From assembly GCA_976551045.1 (NCBI GenBank), contig CDPCPM010000280.1, positions 3,162,001 to 3,226,000 on the forward strand: a DNA stretch of 64,000 nt. The letters are read 5' to 3'. Source of the stretch: Glaucostegus cemiculus. Lineage: Eukaryota. Shown here in pieces: positions 1-12,195 of the stretch. The notes below the pieces were generated by a model, which saw only the letters and a list, made by a program, of their open reading frames with translations, was not told where the DNA came from and ran no database searches. Position 1 is the first letter of the stretch. Each line of letters starts with the position of its first letter. A program made the position numbers and the translations under genes.

Positions 1-261
1 AAGTCACCACCAGTATACTTACTAGGTAAGTACTGTGGCCTAGAAATTCTAGTGCCCAACAGTTAATTTTAAAGAGCGGGCTTGATCTGATTCAGCCCAA
101 GTCTGGCTACATGACTCACTTGATACCTGACCTGAACCTAATACATATAGTTCGACTTGGCTGGGAGGCCAAGCTCTCTGTTAGATGCTGTTCAGATGGA
201 TCCATTGTTCTCCCAACCCTGCTTCCTCTCAGCAACTTAAAACATGCTTGTTTTCTCACTG

Positions 262-390
262 ATCCCAGTGCTGATGAAAGGTTGTCAGCCTGAAATCTTA
301 ACTTATTCTCCCTCTGCAGATGTTGCCTGAACTGCTGTTTTTCCAGCATTTTGTTTTTTTCAGATTTCTTACATCTGCAGTTTTTGCTTT
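262..390 (+). mobile_element. Penelope-like element end (pLTR) with degenerate minimal hammerhead core
   Basis: CTGATGA (271-277), hairpin AGGTT-gtc-AGCCT, GAAA (292-295), then the recurrent tail cagatg(c/t)tgcctga..ctgctg..tttccagcatttt..cagattt..catctgcag seen at several other loci in this window. Confidence 0.65.
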
Positions 391-522
391 TAGACTTCCA
401 TTGAAGTCCCACTTTCAAATATTTTCCTTTGTTTTCATAACATTATTTTACAAACCAACTCAGATTATCTATGCACAATTCAAACATTGCAAATGTAAGA
501 TCAGTCTTTGCTGTTAATCCCT

Positions 523-725
523 TTTATTCATTTATGGAGGTAGGCTTTGGTGGCAAGGTCGCTCTCATTGTTCCAGTAAAGGTGGTGGTGAAGCCACCTT
601 CTTGAACTTGTGCAGTGTGTCTGATGAAGGAAGTCCCTCAGTGCTGTGTACTATTTAACCCTGGTATTAGTGAGGGAACAATGATATACTTTTCAAGTTA
701 GAATGGAAAGAAACTTGCAGGAGTG
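523..725 (-). mobile_element. 3' fragment of a CR1/L2-group LINE
   Basis: tttattcatttatgg..ggcaaggtc..ggtggtggtg..ccaccttcttgaac resembles the end of the longer element at 35465. Confidence 0.55.
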
Positions 726-1409
726 GGGTTAATGCAGCAAATTTAATTATCCTCACCAAGCTAATGTTGGACATTATTTCTGGTGTGAACCTGTTACTGC
801 TCAATCCACTTAACACATCATCAATGATCTCTTAGTCAACACATTCCCACCTTGCCAAACTGTTCTGATTCTGATTCTGTGCGGTCTACTCCACCTGGTG
901 TCAACCCATTTCCACAGAAACCCATTCCCCCTCTGTCCCCCTCCATCCCCACCCCACCCCCACCACCAACCCATTCTTCTGGTATCAACACAGTCCCACC
1001 CTTTCCACTCATGGGATCAACTTTACTGGTATCAAAAATTTCTTATCCACTTCAGTGATTAAACAACTGGTATCTGGTCACTTGCAGTTCAAACGTGCAC
1101 GGTGTCAGCACCAATTTATCGGTATTCTCCTGAACGTTTACTCAGCTGTATTATTTATTTTTTCTCTTTATACCCAGCTTGCCACATGTGAATGGAGCCG
1201 CTCTGGTTTTGTTTAAGTGTGGTTTTGCTTACATTATTATTAATCATGCCCTTCCTGATCTCACCCACAGGACCTCATTGCTAAATAGCTGTTTACAATG
1301 GAGTCACACCACCCAGTGCAGGGATGTTAAATAAACAGAGAAAGAAGAGAAATACGCAGACCAACAAAAACCATCCTGTCTTTTATGTGACAGTTCATAA
1401 TTTCTAAAG

Positions 1410-1740
1410 GAAGAACTCATGGATTTATATAGTACCTTTTATGTAGGCAGACATTCTGAAGCACTTCGCATTTCATGAATTATTTTTGAACTGCAGTCAC
1501 TGCTGTATTGTAGTGATACCTGGCAGCCAACTTGTGCCCAGCATGTTCTCACAAGCAACAAACAAAACAAATAATTAGTTCATTTGTTCATACATATGCT
1601 AGTTGAGGCAGGAGATGGGTAGAGACTGTCTCTTGCTTGCCTTTGATTACTGCCATAGTGTCAGAACAGGCAAGGACTCCAATTTACTGTACTTTTTGAA
1701 AGTTGCACTTGTGACAAAACAGCATTCCCTCACTACTGCT
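1410..1740 (-). mobile_element. Deu-domain SINE (SacSINE1-like), decayed
   Basis: cagcattccctcactactgc is the reverse complement of the Deu core gcagtactgagggagtgctg; flanks resemble other copies in the window. Confidence 0.55.
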
Positions 1741-1957
1741 CATCCTTTTAGATGAGTTATCCTTTCTGCTTTATAACATGCCTGGACATTTTTTTCCCAA
1801 AATAGTATTGATCATAAGAAGAGGTGTTTTGAGATGTGGGAGAGAGTAATAAATTGAGTTTAAAAATTTTTTCAGGTGGTATATTTTGGTGCAGAACACT
1901 TACGAAACAGTCTGTAAAAATGGATTATTTTGAACTTATTGAAGGGAGAAATGCACT

Positions 1958-1976
1958 TACACACACACACACACAC
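1958..1976. repeat. (AC)n microsatellite followed by a GA-rich low-complexity tract
   Basis: Directly visible. Confidence 0.9.
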
Positions 1977-2499
1977 TTAAAGAGAAATATGTAGATAAAT
2001 GAGAAGATAGATGGTCAGAGGACATTAGTGAGACACAAAACTGCAATGTAAGAACGAGCCACAAGGATAAAAATGATCCAGCATGATGAAGGGCTGAAGG
2101 AGAGAGGCAGGGCAAGGCAGAAAAGCAGAAGGAGATATAGAGGGTCATTTCAGCCCAAACAAACCATTTTGCACTCAGTTTAAATTTCCCCTTCCCCTAA
2201 GAGAGAGCCCCAGATTACAAAAAAGGACAAAGATACACACACAGGATAGAGCCAGAGGGAGTAACACAAAGACACAGTTGGAAACACACAGAGGACAGAG
2301 AGACATGCACAGTACGACAGAGTGGTAGAGCGTCATATGCAAAGGTTATAAATGCTAAAGTACCGACTTAGATGAGATGACAGAGTGCAATGTATCCAGA
2401 TTTGCTGATGATATAAATCTGGATGGGAATATGAGCTGAAGGAGCATTAACAGTCTGCAAATGGATAAGGACATTAAATGAGTGAGCAAGAAATCATAT

Positions 2500-3385
2500 C
2501 ATCATACACAACATTTGGCCCATTTTGTCTCATAGAGTTCTCCAGCCTAATCCCACCATCAAACATTTGGTTCACAGCCCTAGATGTTTTAGTTCCATGC
2601 TCTTCAAGGCCACACCCAACTCCTACTGTGTGTGTTGAGGGTTATTGCCTCTACCACTCTTTCAGGCAGTGGGTTTAAGATTACTATTATTCTCAGAGTG
2701 GAAAGAATTCTCTTCATTTCTTCTCTGTTCTGTTTACCAATTACTGTAAACATATACCCACTGGTTTTTGACCTCTCCACTTAGGGAAGTAACTCCTTCC
2801 TATTTATTGTATCCGGGCTGCTCATAATTTTTTATACTTAATGTAAGTCTCCAGTCAGCTTCCTCTGTTCCAAGGAAAACAACCTTAGCTTATCCAGTTT
2901 TTCCACAAACCTACAATTTTCCAGCACAGGCAACATCCTTGTAAACCTTCTCTATATCTTCTCCAGTGCCATCACATCTTTCCTGTAATGTGGTGACCAA
3001 ACTGTATGAAGTACTCAAGTTGTCAGCCAACTAGTGTTGTAGAGAGTTCTGGCTTTGCCTCTCTGTTCTACGTTGTGGCGAGTAAAGGATATCCTGTATA
3101 CCTTTCAAACCACCTCATCACCCTGTCCTGCTATCTCAAGGATCTGTGCACATACACTCCAAGGAACCTCTGTTTCTCCATACGCCTCATTATCTCTAAT
3201 TTGGGATATATTTCTTTGCCTTATTGAAATCACACAAATGCATACCTCACACTTTTGTGAATAAAATTCCTCTTGCCATTTTACTGCCTGTCCAACCAGA
3301 CTATATCTTCCTGAAGCCTAAAGCTTTCCTCCTCACTGTCAGCTACATGGCCAATTTTTGTATCATCTGCAAACCTCCTGCCCCC
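2500..3385 (-). mobile_element. CR1 LINE 3' fragment, flanked by plus-strand CR1 RT pieces (~2365-2495 and ~3430-3605)
   Basis: Parallels 7624-8500 (caggcaacatccttgtaaa; tgtggtgaccaaactgt). The left flank reads aga ttt gct gat gat (RFADD, RT motif). Confidence 0.75.
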
Positions 3386-4529
3386 TCAGTTAGCACAAAA
3401 AAAAGACAAATGAAAAGATACACACTTAGGACGAAGAATAGAAGAAAAGAATGTTTTTAAATGCTAAGAAGCTAGGAAATATTACAGTACAGCAAAATCT
3501 TGATATGCTTTTTCATGCAACATTGGAAGTTAATATGCTGGTAGTAAAAAATTCAAATGTTAAACAGTATTTTAGCCTTTATTGCAGGAAAGATTTTCTG
3601 TAATTGTACCTCACTATTTCCCATTCCTATCCTCATATTCCACAATTTTGGCAGACAAAAACCCATCAGTCTCAATCTCACTAAAACTGGTCATAGTACT
3701 CCAAGTGTGGTGTTACCTAAGCCCTGTCATGTGCTTATCAAATGACAATAAATGTTGAGTGGCCTGTATGACTTCTGCTCCCTGTGTTCTCTAAGGTCAC
3801 AGATGGCATCAACCTGGTACAGTGGTATTCCAACCTCAGCAAAACTGTGGTGAAAAGCCTCAAGAATTTAACTGTGTTCACACCCTCAAGTTGCAAGCAA
3901 GTCTGCCAGTAACTCTTGGTTTAAATAACTGGCAGTTTTGAATTTCCAATTATATACTTAAAAAATCAGCAGTCGGAACACAAGTTCTCAGTTTCAATCA
4001 GCAAACACAAAGAAGCTGAAGAGATGGCCTCATTTAAGTAAAACCACAGAATTAATTCAATAGAACAATCTTCATTTGCACTTGCAATTTATTTGGAGTG
4101 TCAGGATCAATTTTGTTGGTCTTGACAATTATGACCACAAATTAAGAAAACAAAATCAGCTAACAAGATTTAGAAAGAAAAAACATTTTGATTTAAAGCT
4201 GAGGCCAGCATAGCAATTGAAATATTGCTGTAAGATTTTCCTCTATTTCTTAAGAAAGATAAGTGATCCTAATTGTGTTAATTGCTCTGAATTGCCCTGA
4301 GCCTTTCCATGGCACGTGGGGTGTGATCATTATCTCTGAGTGATGGAGACTCTCCGCAGTCCTGTTTCAGTCTGGGTGATTAGTTTATAATCAACAGCAG
4401 CTGCCTAGCAAGCATATGATCTAGTTTAAACTTAACACTGGTATATAGATTTGAACATATGTTTAAAGTGGTGAGCTTTAGAAAGATAAATGTAAAACGT
4501 TTATTTGCAATCTGTAACAGTAACAGTCA

Positions 4530-4880
4530 TTTGGGTCAGTTGGTAGCAGCCTCACAATTGAGTCAAGGCAGTGGATGCAAGCCCCATTTAAAGATTTTAG
4601 TGCCTTTATCAAGATTGACACTCCATTGCAGTACTTGATAAGTGCTGAACATCAAGCAAGAAAGGTTAAAATGAGGCCCCCATCTGCCTAATTCAGTTGT
4701 AGAGTTAAGCAGTGCTGTTTGAAACACAAGAAATTTGCCCATCCCCACAATCTTCTTTTAACCACATCAATTTCAGGTTAACTATCCATTCACCTTTTGT
4801 TTGCTGTTTGTGGATCCTTCCTACTATACTCAAAATAATTTGTTGATTGCAAAGTAGTTTAGGGCTATGATGTCTTAAAA
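4530..4880 (+). mobile_element. Deu-domain SINE (SacSINE1-like)
   Basis: tRNA-like head (tcagttggtagca) followed by tgacactccattgcagtact..gttaaaatgaggcccccatctgcc. Confidence 0.65.
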
Positions 4881-5128
4881 ATGTGAGTCTTTCTTTCTCT
4901 TATATTGAGATGTCTTCAACTAGAACAGAATGGCAAATTAAAAATATCTTAACCTTCAATCATTAAAAAGACCTGCTCAAACAAATCTAATAGTTGTTAA
5001 TCGAGGCTATCACAAAACAGAAAGTAAACTACTAAAATACTCAGCCAGGCACCAAATGTTCTGAGGCAGAATTTTTCCAATTGATTACAGTTGGAGAGAG
5101 TGGTGGGTAAAGTGAGTTTTGGGTTATA

Positions 5129-5452
5129 GGACAGTGCAGTTGCATGGATAGTAGAACTGCTGCTTCAGATCTCCAGCGATCCAGGTTCAAACCTGACCTT
5201 GCACATTCTCTCTGTGACTACATGGTTTGCCCTGGGTACTTTGGGTTCCTTCCATATCACAAAACCACCTGGGTTGGCAGGTTAATTGTCCATGGTACAA
5301 TGCCCTAATGTGAGTCTAGGGGGAATCAATGGGAATTTGGGAATAATAAAATGGGATTAGTGTAGGATTAGTGTAAATGGGTGCTTAATGGTTGATGTGT
5401 TTTAGGTGGGCAGAAAGGCCTGTTTCAAAGCTATATAACCGAAAGACTCTTT
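5129..5452 (+). mobile_element. HE1-type V-SINE
   Basis: B-box-like ggttcaaac, V-domain ttgcacattctc..gtgact..ggtt..ggttaatt, CR1-type tail gggcagaaaggcctgttt. Confidence 0.75.
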
Positions 5453-5864
5453 GACCCCAGTTTGATCAGACATGTGAAAATAGGCTATCCAAACAACTGA
5501 TTGGATATTTTGACTGTAACGCTAAGACATTCTCCAAGGTAACGGTAAGTGACTGCAGGTTGAACAAGACCTTAAAACTGTAAATGGGAATGATGAAGGC
5601 CAATGGTAAATAGCACACAGCATCATCATGAATGAAAAGAATGTGAAAAAAAACCATGAGATGTTGATTTGGCAGGACCAAGTTTAAGTTTTAGACCCCA
5701 AGACCGAGCAAATAAATTAGAATTGGTTTATTCGGATCATGCAGCCCAGAATCCATTGTTATCTGTTTATGCTATACTACAAGACATAAGTGTTCCTTTC
5801 TTTATCTCCCATGTAAAAGAAACTCAGCAATACTCACTACAATATTGCCATAACCCATAATACT

Positions 5865-6140
5865 TTGCTTGAGATGTTTAATCAAGGCCTCATCTGCCTT
5901 CTCAGATGAGTATATAAGAGATCCCATAGAACTTGTCAAAGGACAGAGATGATTCTTTGTGCTCAATATTTATTGCTCCTACAACTTTACTAAAAGTATA
6001 TCTTCATTTGTCTTATTGCTATATGTAAGAGAGTGGCAGCTGCCTTTCCCTTCATTGTAAATGCAATCACACTTTAATCATGTTTTTGTGAAAGGTCTTT
6101 GGATATCCTAAGATGGTGAAAGGCACAATGTAAATTCTTC
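5865..6140 (+). mobile_element. Deu-domain SINE, partial
   Basis: gagatgtttaatcaaggcctcatctgcc and a 3' part resembling the other copies. Confidence 0.5.
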
Positions 6141-7623
6141 TTCAGGAGAGGGCTAAAGTGTAACCAAACATGCTCATTAAAAATAGTTTACATGGAAGTG
6201 CCAATGCTTGTTACTGAAAGGAAAAATAAGCTGTCCATTTTGATCTTCCTGCTAGTTATTCTTATTTCAATTTAAGTACCTTCATTCAAGGCTCTGTGCA
6301 AAAGTGGCATCCTGCAAATGAAAAGGAATGCACATGAATGGGAAACTGCAATCTACAAATGGAAATTTTGTTCCATGACTTTCCATGGGGTCAATTATGT
6401 GGCTATATACCTTTGTGGTAAAAAAAAATGCTTCATGAATCGAAAATTGGATATATTCAATGTTCCTTAGATTTTAGCAGGGAGCTCTGCTCATAGATTA
6501 TATGAGTTTGGTGTTGGCTTCCAATTCTGCAATATCATTTATCCATTGTGTGCCCAACTTCTGGAGATGGTAGGAATTGCTCATCTCCTGTATCTGCTAA
6601 TACATATATGGAACTTGTTTTGCTTACTCATATTTATTTAGAAGGCATACATTTAATTATGGCCTGTAACCCTACAAAAACGAGATCTGCTGAGCAATGT
6701 TCAATGTTGCCTCCTGGTGGGTGGGTATGAAGTGACAATGTCCTGAACAAATGCCTAAATTGTGAATTTCTCAAATTGATGCGATTTAAGGGACAATACC
6801 AATGTCAGGAAAAACAAAGCAACGGTGTAATCCTGTATAAAATATTGGAATTCATTTGCATATATTCATCTCCTATGGGAGACATTTTCCACAGTCCTGG
6901 AATTGATTTTTATCTTCAAACAACATCACTAAATCAGGTAATCTCACCATCATTTCATTGTTCTTTGTGGAATCTTGCTGCACACAAAGAGGTTGTTGCT
7001 TGTTTTACTGAGCAGTGAAAAAACTTCAAAAAGAACTTCAGTGACTATGAAGTGATTTGCATTGTCCTGGGATTGTGCGTGACTCTCTATGAATACATAT
7101 CTTTGTTTCTTTTCTTTTTGCAACAAGAATTAGAATTGTGCAAAAAGCTGTAGGAACTTTATAAACCTTTTAAACAGTTTCTGATTCTAACTTCCTCCAA
7201 TACTACTTTCTACAATTCTCAATGATTTGCAGATTCTCCACTGAATGAAGTCCAAACCCTTTAAGATTTTCTGTCTTGTTGGTGACCATCTGGAAATAAA
7301 AGGGGGCCTAGGAAAGAAGGGGAATGGAGATTAAAAAAAAAGCCCACTAATCACAGCAATGCATGAACATGTGACAGAGGAACAAAAGTTCTAGCTTTTT
7401 AGTTAAAATACAGTTATGAAGATGGGTTCACTTTTAAGCTATATATTCCCCCACCCCTGCCTCCCACCACCACAGTTGGCTCTTTAGCTGCTGATAGTCC
7501 CTTTGCATACTTCCAACCTTTCAGTTTATTCTGAAGGCATGCCTCTGATGAAGCACAAACAAAAAATAGGATTTGTCTTTCATGTCCTCAGGACATTCCA
7601 AAGAACTTGGTAATCAATGAATT

Positions 7624-10370
7624 ATAGAGTCATAGAGTCATACAGCACGTCCACACCGAACTGTGAGCACCCACTCACTGTATTAATCTCATCTTCCAGC
7701 ACTTAACCCATAGCCTTCTATACCAAGGTGACATAAGTACTCATCTAGACACATCTTAACTGCTGTCAGAAACTCTGCTCCCACCATTCTCTCTGGCAGT
7801 GCATTCAAGGTATTCACCACTCTCTGGATGAAAAAGGTCACCCACAGATCCCCTATAAATATCTTACATGGTCCAAATCTATGTCCTCTCATTTTATTTA
7901 CCTTTGATAAGGGGTAAAATTTCCACAGTCTTCTCTATTTATAGTTTGATATAACTCAGTCATGTCCCCTCTTAACCCTGTCTGCTCTGGGGGAAGCAGA
8001 CCTCCCTTCTCCAGTCTCTCCTCCTAACTTAAACGGTCCATCCCAGGCAAGATCCTGGTGAATATCATCTCCAGCGCAATCACATCTTTTCTACAACATG
8101 GTGACCAGAACGATACACAGTCCTCCAGCTGAGGCCTGACCAATATATAATATAAAATTGGATCACACGCTCCCTGTTCTTGTATTCAGAATCCTGCTAA
8201 TAAAGGCCAGTATCCCATATGCCTTCATAAGCACATTATCTAATTCCGCTGCCACCTTCAAGGATCTTTGCACTTGCAACTCAAGGTCCCTCTGTTCCTC
8301 AATACTCCCTAAGACCTTGCATGGTGTATGTCCTAGCCTTTTAGCACTTCCAAAATACATCACATCACATTTATCAGAATTAAACTCCATCTGCCATTTC
8401 TCAACCCATTTCATCAACACGTTAATATCATTCTGTAACTTAAGACTACCCTCCACAATCTCAACAACTCCACCAATCTTTGTGTCACTTGCGAACTTAA
8501 TGATCATGCCTCCCACATCCTCATCCTTCACGTAGTTTACAAACAGCAAGAGACCCAGCACTGATCCCTGTGGAACACCATTAGTAGCAGCCAACCAAGC
8601 ACAAAAACAACCCTGTACCATCAGTCTTTGTCTCCCATAGCCAAGCCAATTTTGGATACAATTGCCAACTTGCCCTGGATCCTATGGGCCCTAACCTTTT
8701 GGACCAGTCTCCCATGTTGGAACTTGTTGAAGGCCTTACTGAAGGCTACATAAACCACATCAATACCCTTTGTTACCTCCTCAAAAAGTTCACTCAGATT
8801 GGTCAGAGAAGATCTGCCCTCGACAAAGTCACACTGGTTATCACTGATCAGTCCCTGGCTTTCTAAGTGATCGTTAATCCTGTCCCTCAGAACCTTTTCC
8901 AATCATTTCCCGACCACTGATGTTAGACTCACAGGTCTGTAATTGCCAGGCTTTATCCTGTTGCTCTTCTTGAAAAGGGGACCACATTTGCCATCTGGTA
9001 GCTCATGGTCAGCCAGAGCCCAGTAATCTCTTCTCTTGCTTCCTATGGCAGCCTGGGATAAATCTCATCCACACTGTGGAATTCACCCATCTTTAAGCCT
9101 GCAAAGGCATCAAGTATTCTGAGGCCTCTTTATTTATGGAGACTTGCATTAGAATTTCACCATCCCCTTTGCTGAGTTCTCCAGCTATAAAGTCCATTTT
9201 CTTAGTGAATACCTATACTTTCTGGCTTCATGCACAGATTGCTCCTGTTGTCTCTATTAGGCCCTACCCTTTCCTGATTTTTTTTGTTTTTAATGCTCTT
9301 AAAAAAACACCAAATTAATCTTAATCCTGCCTATCTGTGATAATTCGTGATCCCTCTTTGCCTTCCTAATTTCCTTTTTAAGCATCACCCTACACTTCTT
9401 ACACTCTTAACGGGCTTCCCCCATCTTTAGTTCTCTACAATTGCCATATGCTTCCTTTTTTCTCTTTAACCAACCGTTGATATTTGTCAACATCCAGGGT
9501 TCTCTGTATTTGTTGCCCTTGGGTTTCACCCTCACAGGAACATATTGGCCCTGAGCTCTTTCTATTTCTTCTTTGAATGCTTCCTACTGCGCAGATGTAG
9601 ATTTACCTGCATGTCGATGCTCAGATTATACCTTTGCTAGGTCCTATCTTATTTTAATGAAATCAGCCTTCCCCTAATTTGATACCTTTATTCCTGGTCT
9701 AGCCCAATCTTTTTCCATCAACACTTTGAAATATACGAAGGTATAGTCACTATCTCTAAAGGACTTCCCCACTAACACTCCCTCCAACTTACTGGCTACA
9801 CTCCCCAAGACAAGGTCCAGTAATGCTCCTTCCCCCATTGGTCTAGTTACACACTGCATTAAAAAGTTCTCCTGGACACACTTTAGAAATGTTGAACCCT
9901 ATGAGCCTTTTATGCTCAGGCAATCCCAGTTAATATTTGGGAAATTGAAGTCTCCTAGTACCATAACCCTATTTTTATCACATCCCTCTGCTTTTTGCCT
10001 ATACTTGTTACACTTGGGTTTCAACATATTGGCCCTGAGATCTTTCTATTTCTTCTTTGAATGCTTCCTTAGGTGGTAGACTTGTTGATTTGACAAACGC
10101 TGATAGAGTAGCCCAGGTGAGTAACTGCAGTGCATTTTTTAGTGGTACACAGTGCAGCCACATTGCAATGATAGTGGAAAGAGTAGAATCTGTGGAAATA
10201 GATGGGGTGTCAAACAAGCAGACTACTTTGCCCTGGATGACATTAAGCCTCCTGGATGACAACCTGAGATGACAACCTTTGCATTCCTATTCCTTAAATG
10301 ACCACCTAGCTCCCTAAATTCATGTTGCAAGACCTCATTCACCCTTCTCTTACCTATGCCTTTTAAAGTT
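7624..10370 (-). mobile_element. Decayed CR1 LINE (ORF1 esterase remnant, endonuclease, RT, 3' tail), internally deleted and interrupted
   Basis: ORF remnants GVPQGSVLG..KFASDTK (RT), AFSKAF, ALLDLVL..SDY (APE endonuclease), FFIQRVVN (C-terminus), EVLQHEFRELG..KVVISG (ORF1); (atgactct)n tail at 7624; many frameshifts. Confidence 0.92.
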
Positions 10371-10881
10371 ACATTTAAAATGTGCTCATTGTTTACTTGA
10401 AACATTGCACAGCAATCTCTTACTATTAATAATGTAATTTGCTTTTTGTGTTATTGATGAGAGAGGAAAGTTGGTTGGGTCACTTGGGCAATTGTCTTTT
10501 GTGCTTCAAATAATGCCATGAACAGACTTTACATGTGTGTTAAAATGCAAAAACTTTTAATTGTACTTCAAATGATGGAACACTTCATTCTGTGCTGTCA
10601 TAGAATGGATCTTGAACCCCCAAACCTCTGATTCTATATTAAGGGGGTGACTGAGTAAAATGAACCAAACAAAAATGACAAAGCATTTAACACTATAAAA
10701 GATTTCCACGTGGGCTCACAAACTGTGAGCCCCAGGTGACCCCACCTTGGGCTCAACCCAACTCAGTTGGATTCAATACTTAACTAAGTGGAAAGGTAAT
10801 CTCCATCACCATGCAAGGCTTTAGAGACTTTTGTGGACCAGAAACAGAAGGTTTCTGAAATCAAAAGTAAACTCCTTGGAT

Positions 10882-11036
10882 GAAATAAAAATAGAAAGTT
10901 CTGGAGATCATCAGCAGAGCAGGTCAGGTAGTTCCTGTGAAGAAAGAACAGATCAACATTTTGTTAATTCCAGTTCTTTCACCATAGATGCTGCATGACC
11001 TGCTGATCATTTCCAGCATTTTCTGCTTTTTATTTC
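10882..11036. mobile_element. Fold-back pair of Penelope-like ends
   Basis: Left arm gaaataaaaatagaaagttctggagatcatcagcag matches the reverse complement of right arm ctgctgatcatttccagcattttctgctttttatttc. Confidence 0.7.
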
Positions 11037-11869
11037 TTAAATTAATACAAGTTCCTTTATACTGCTCAGATGATTGATTGATTTGCTTTGACAAGAAAGT
11101 GATTACAACCTTTCATGTGCTGTCTTAGGACCTCAGCCACAAAGTGCAAAAACCACAGACACAAAAATTAACCCTTTGCACTCAGAAAGCTTTGAAGTGA
11201 ACAGTCTCATTTTTGGAATATGTCTGCCTTGATACAGGATAATTCCACTTTTGGTGCCCAAAATATATGCTGCTTAAAGCACTAATGCATACTCTAATAT
11301 CCCAAACAAATTTTCAAAATTGGGCAAAAAAAATTAGAATTACTGTGCACGATTCATGTGCCGAAGTAAAGCCTGCATGTTGAGCTAGCATCTGTTGCAT
11401 TACTGCTGCACTGATTGGTGGCAAGTGAGTCAGTGCTTAAAGAACCTCTTTTCAATGACAGAAAAGGCTTCCATGGAGGCAAGGGAAAATGCTGAGGAGG
11501 ACGGTCACAATACAATCCATTAGGAAGTAACCCTCTCCCCAAACAACTTCCTCCACACTTATCAGTGGCCCAGTCAATTCCTGTGTCACAAGAGGTCCAC
11601 AGCTACTGTAAGTTGTGGCTTGTCATGGGGCCAGAATGCAGCTCGCATGCAATTTCTTAAAATGACTCCAGTGAAATTTTAAACAAAATGCTAAGCACTG
11701 AAAAGGAAGGCTGGGAATGCAGAGTGTAGAGAATCGATGTGACATTGTAGTTCCTCTGATTGTTATCTTATTTCTGAATCACATGTAATGTCCTATTCTT
11801 TTCATGAATTAACAATAAACGTTGTGCAGATCGGGGAGATTTCAGGTTATTTCAGTTGGTGTGGCAGTT

Positions 11870-12195
11870 AGAACATAGAACAATACAGCACAATACAAGC
11901 CCTTTGGTCCACAATATTGAGCTGACCTTTAAACCTCACCTAAGACTATCTAACCCCTTCCTCCCACATATCCCTCTATTTTAAATTCTTCCCCATGCTT
12001 ATCTAGTGATCTCTTGAACTTGACCAATGTACCTGTCTCCACCGCCGCCCCAGGCAGCACATTCCATGCCCCAACCACTCACTGGGTAAAAAACCTTCCT
12101 CTGATATCTCCCTTGAACTACCCACCCATTACTTTAAAGCCATGCCCTCTTGTATTGAGCACTGGTGCATGGGAAAGAGGTCTTGGCTGTCCACC
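11870..12195 (-). mobile_element. CR1 3' end fragment
   Basis: tagaacatagaaca tail; caggcagcacattccatgccccaaccactc..gtaaaaaac typical of the CR1 ORF2 C-terminus. Confidence 0.85.

Noticed and set aside
5129-5200. tRNA gene
   Set aside because: SINE head with A/B-box-like words but no cloverleaf; continues into the SINE body
8163-8902. Functional reverse transcriptase gene
   Set aside because: Frameshifted CR1 remnant with the catalytic FADD changed to FASD
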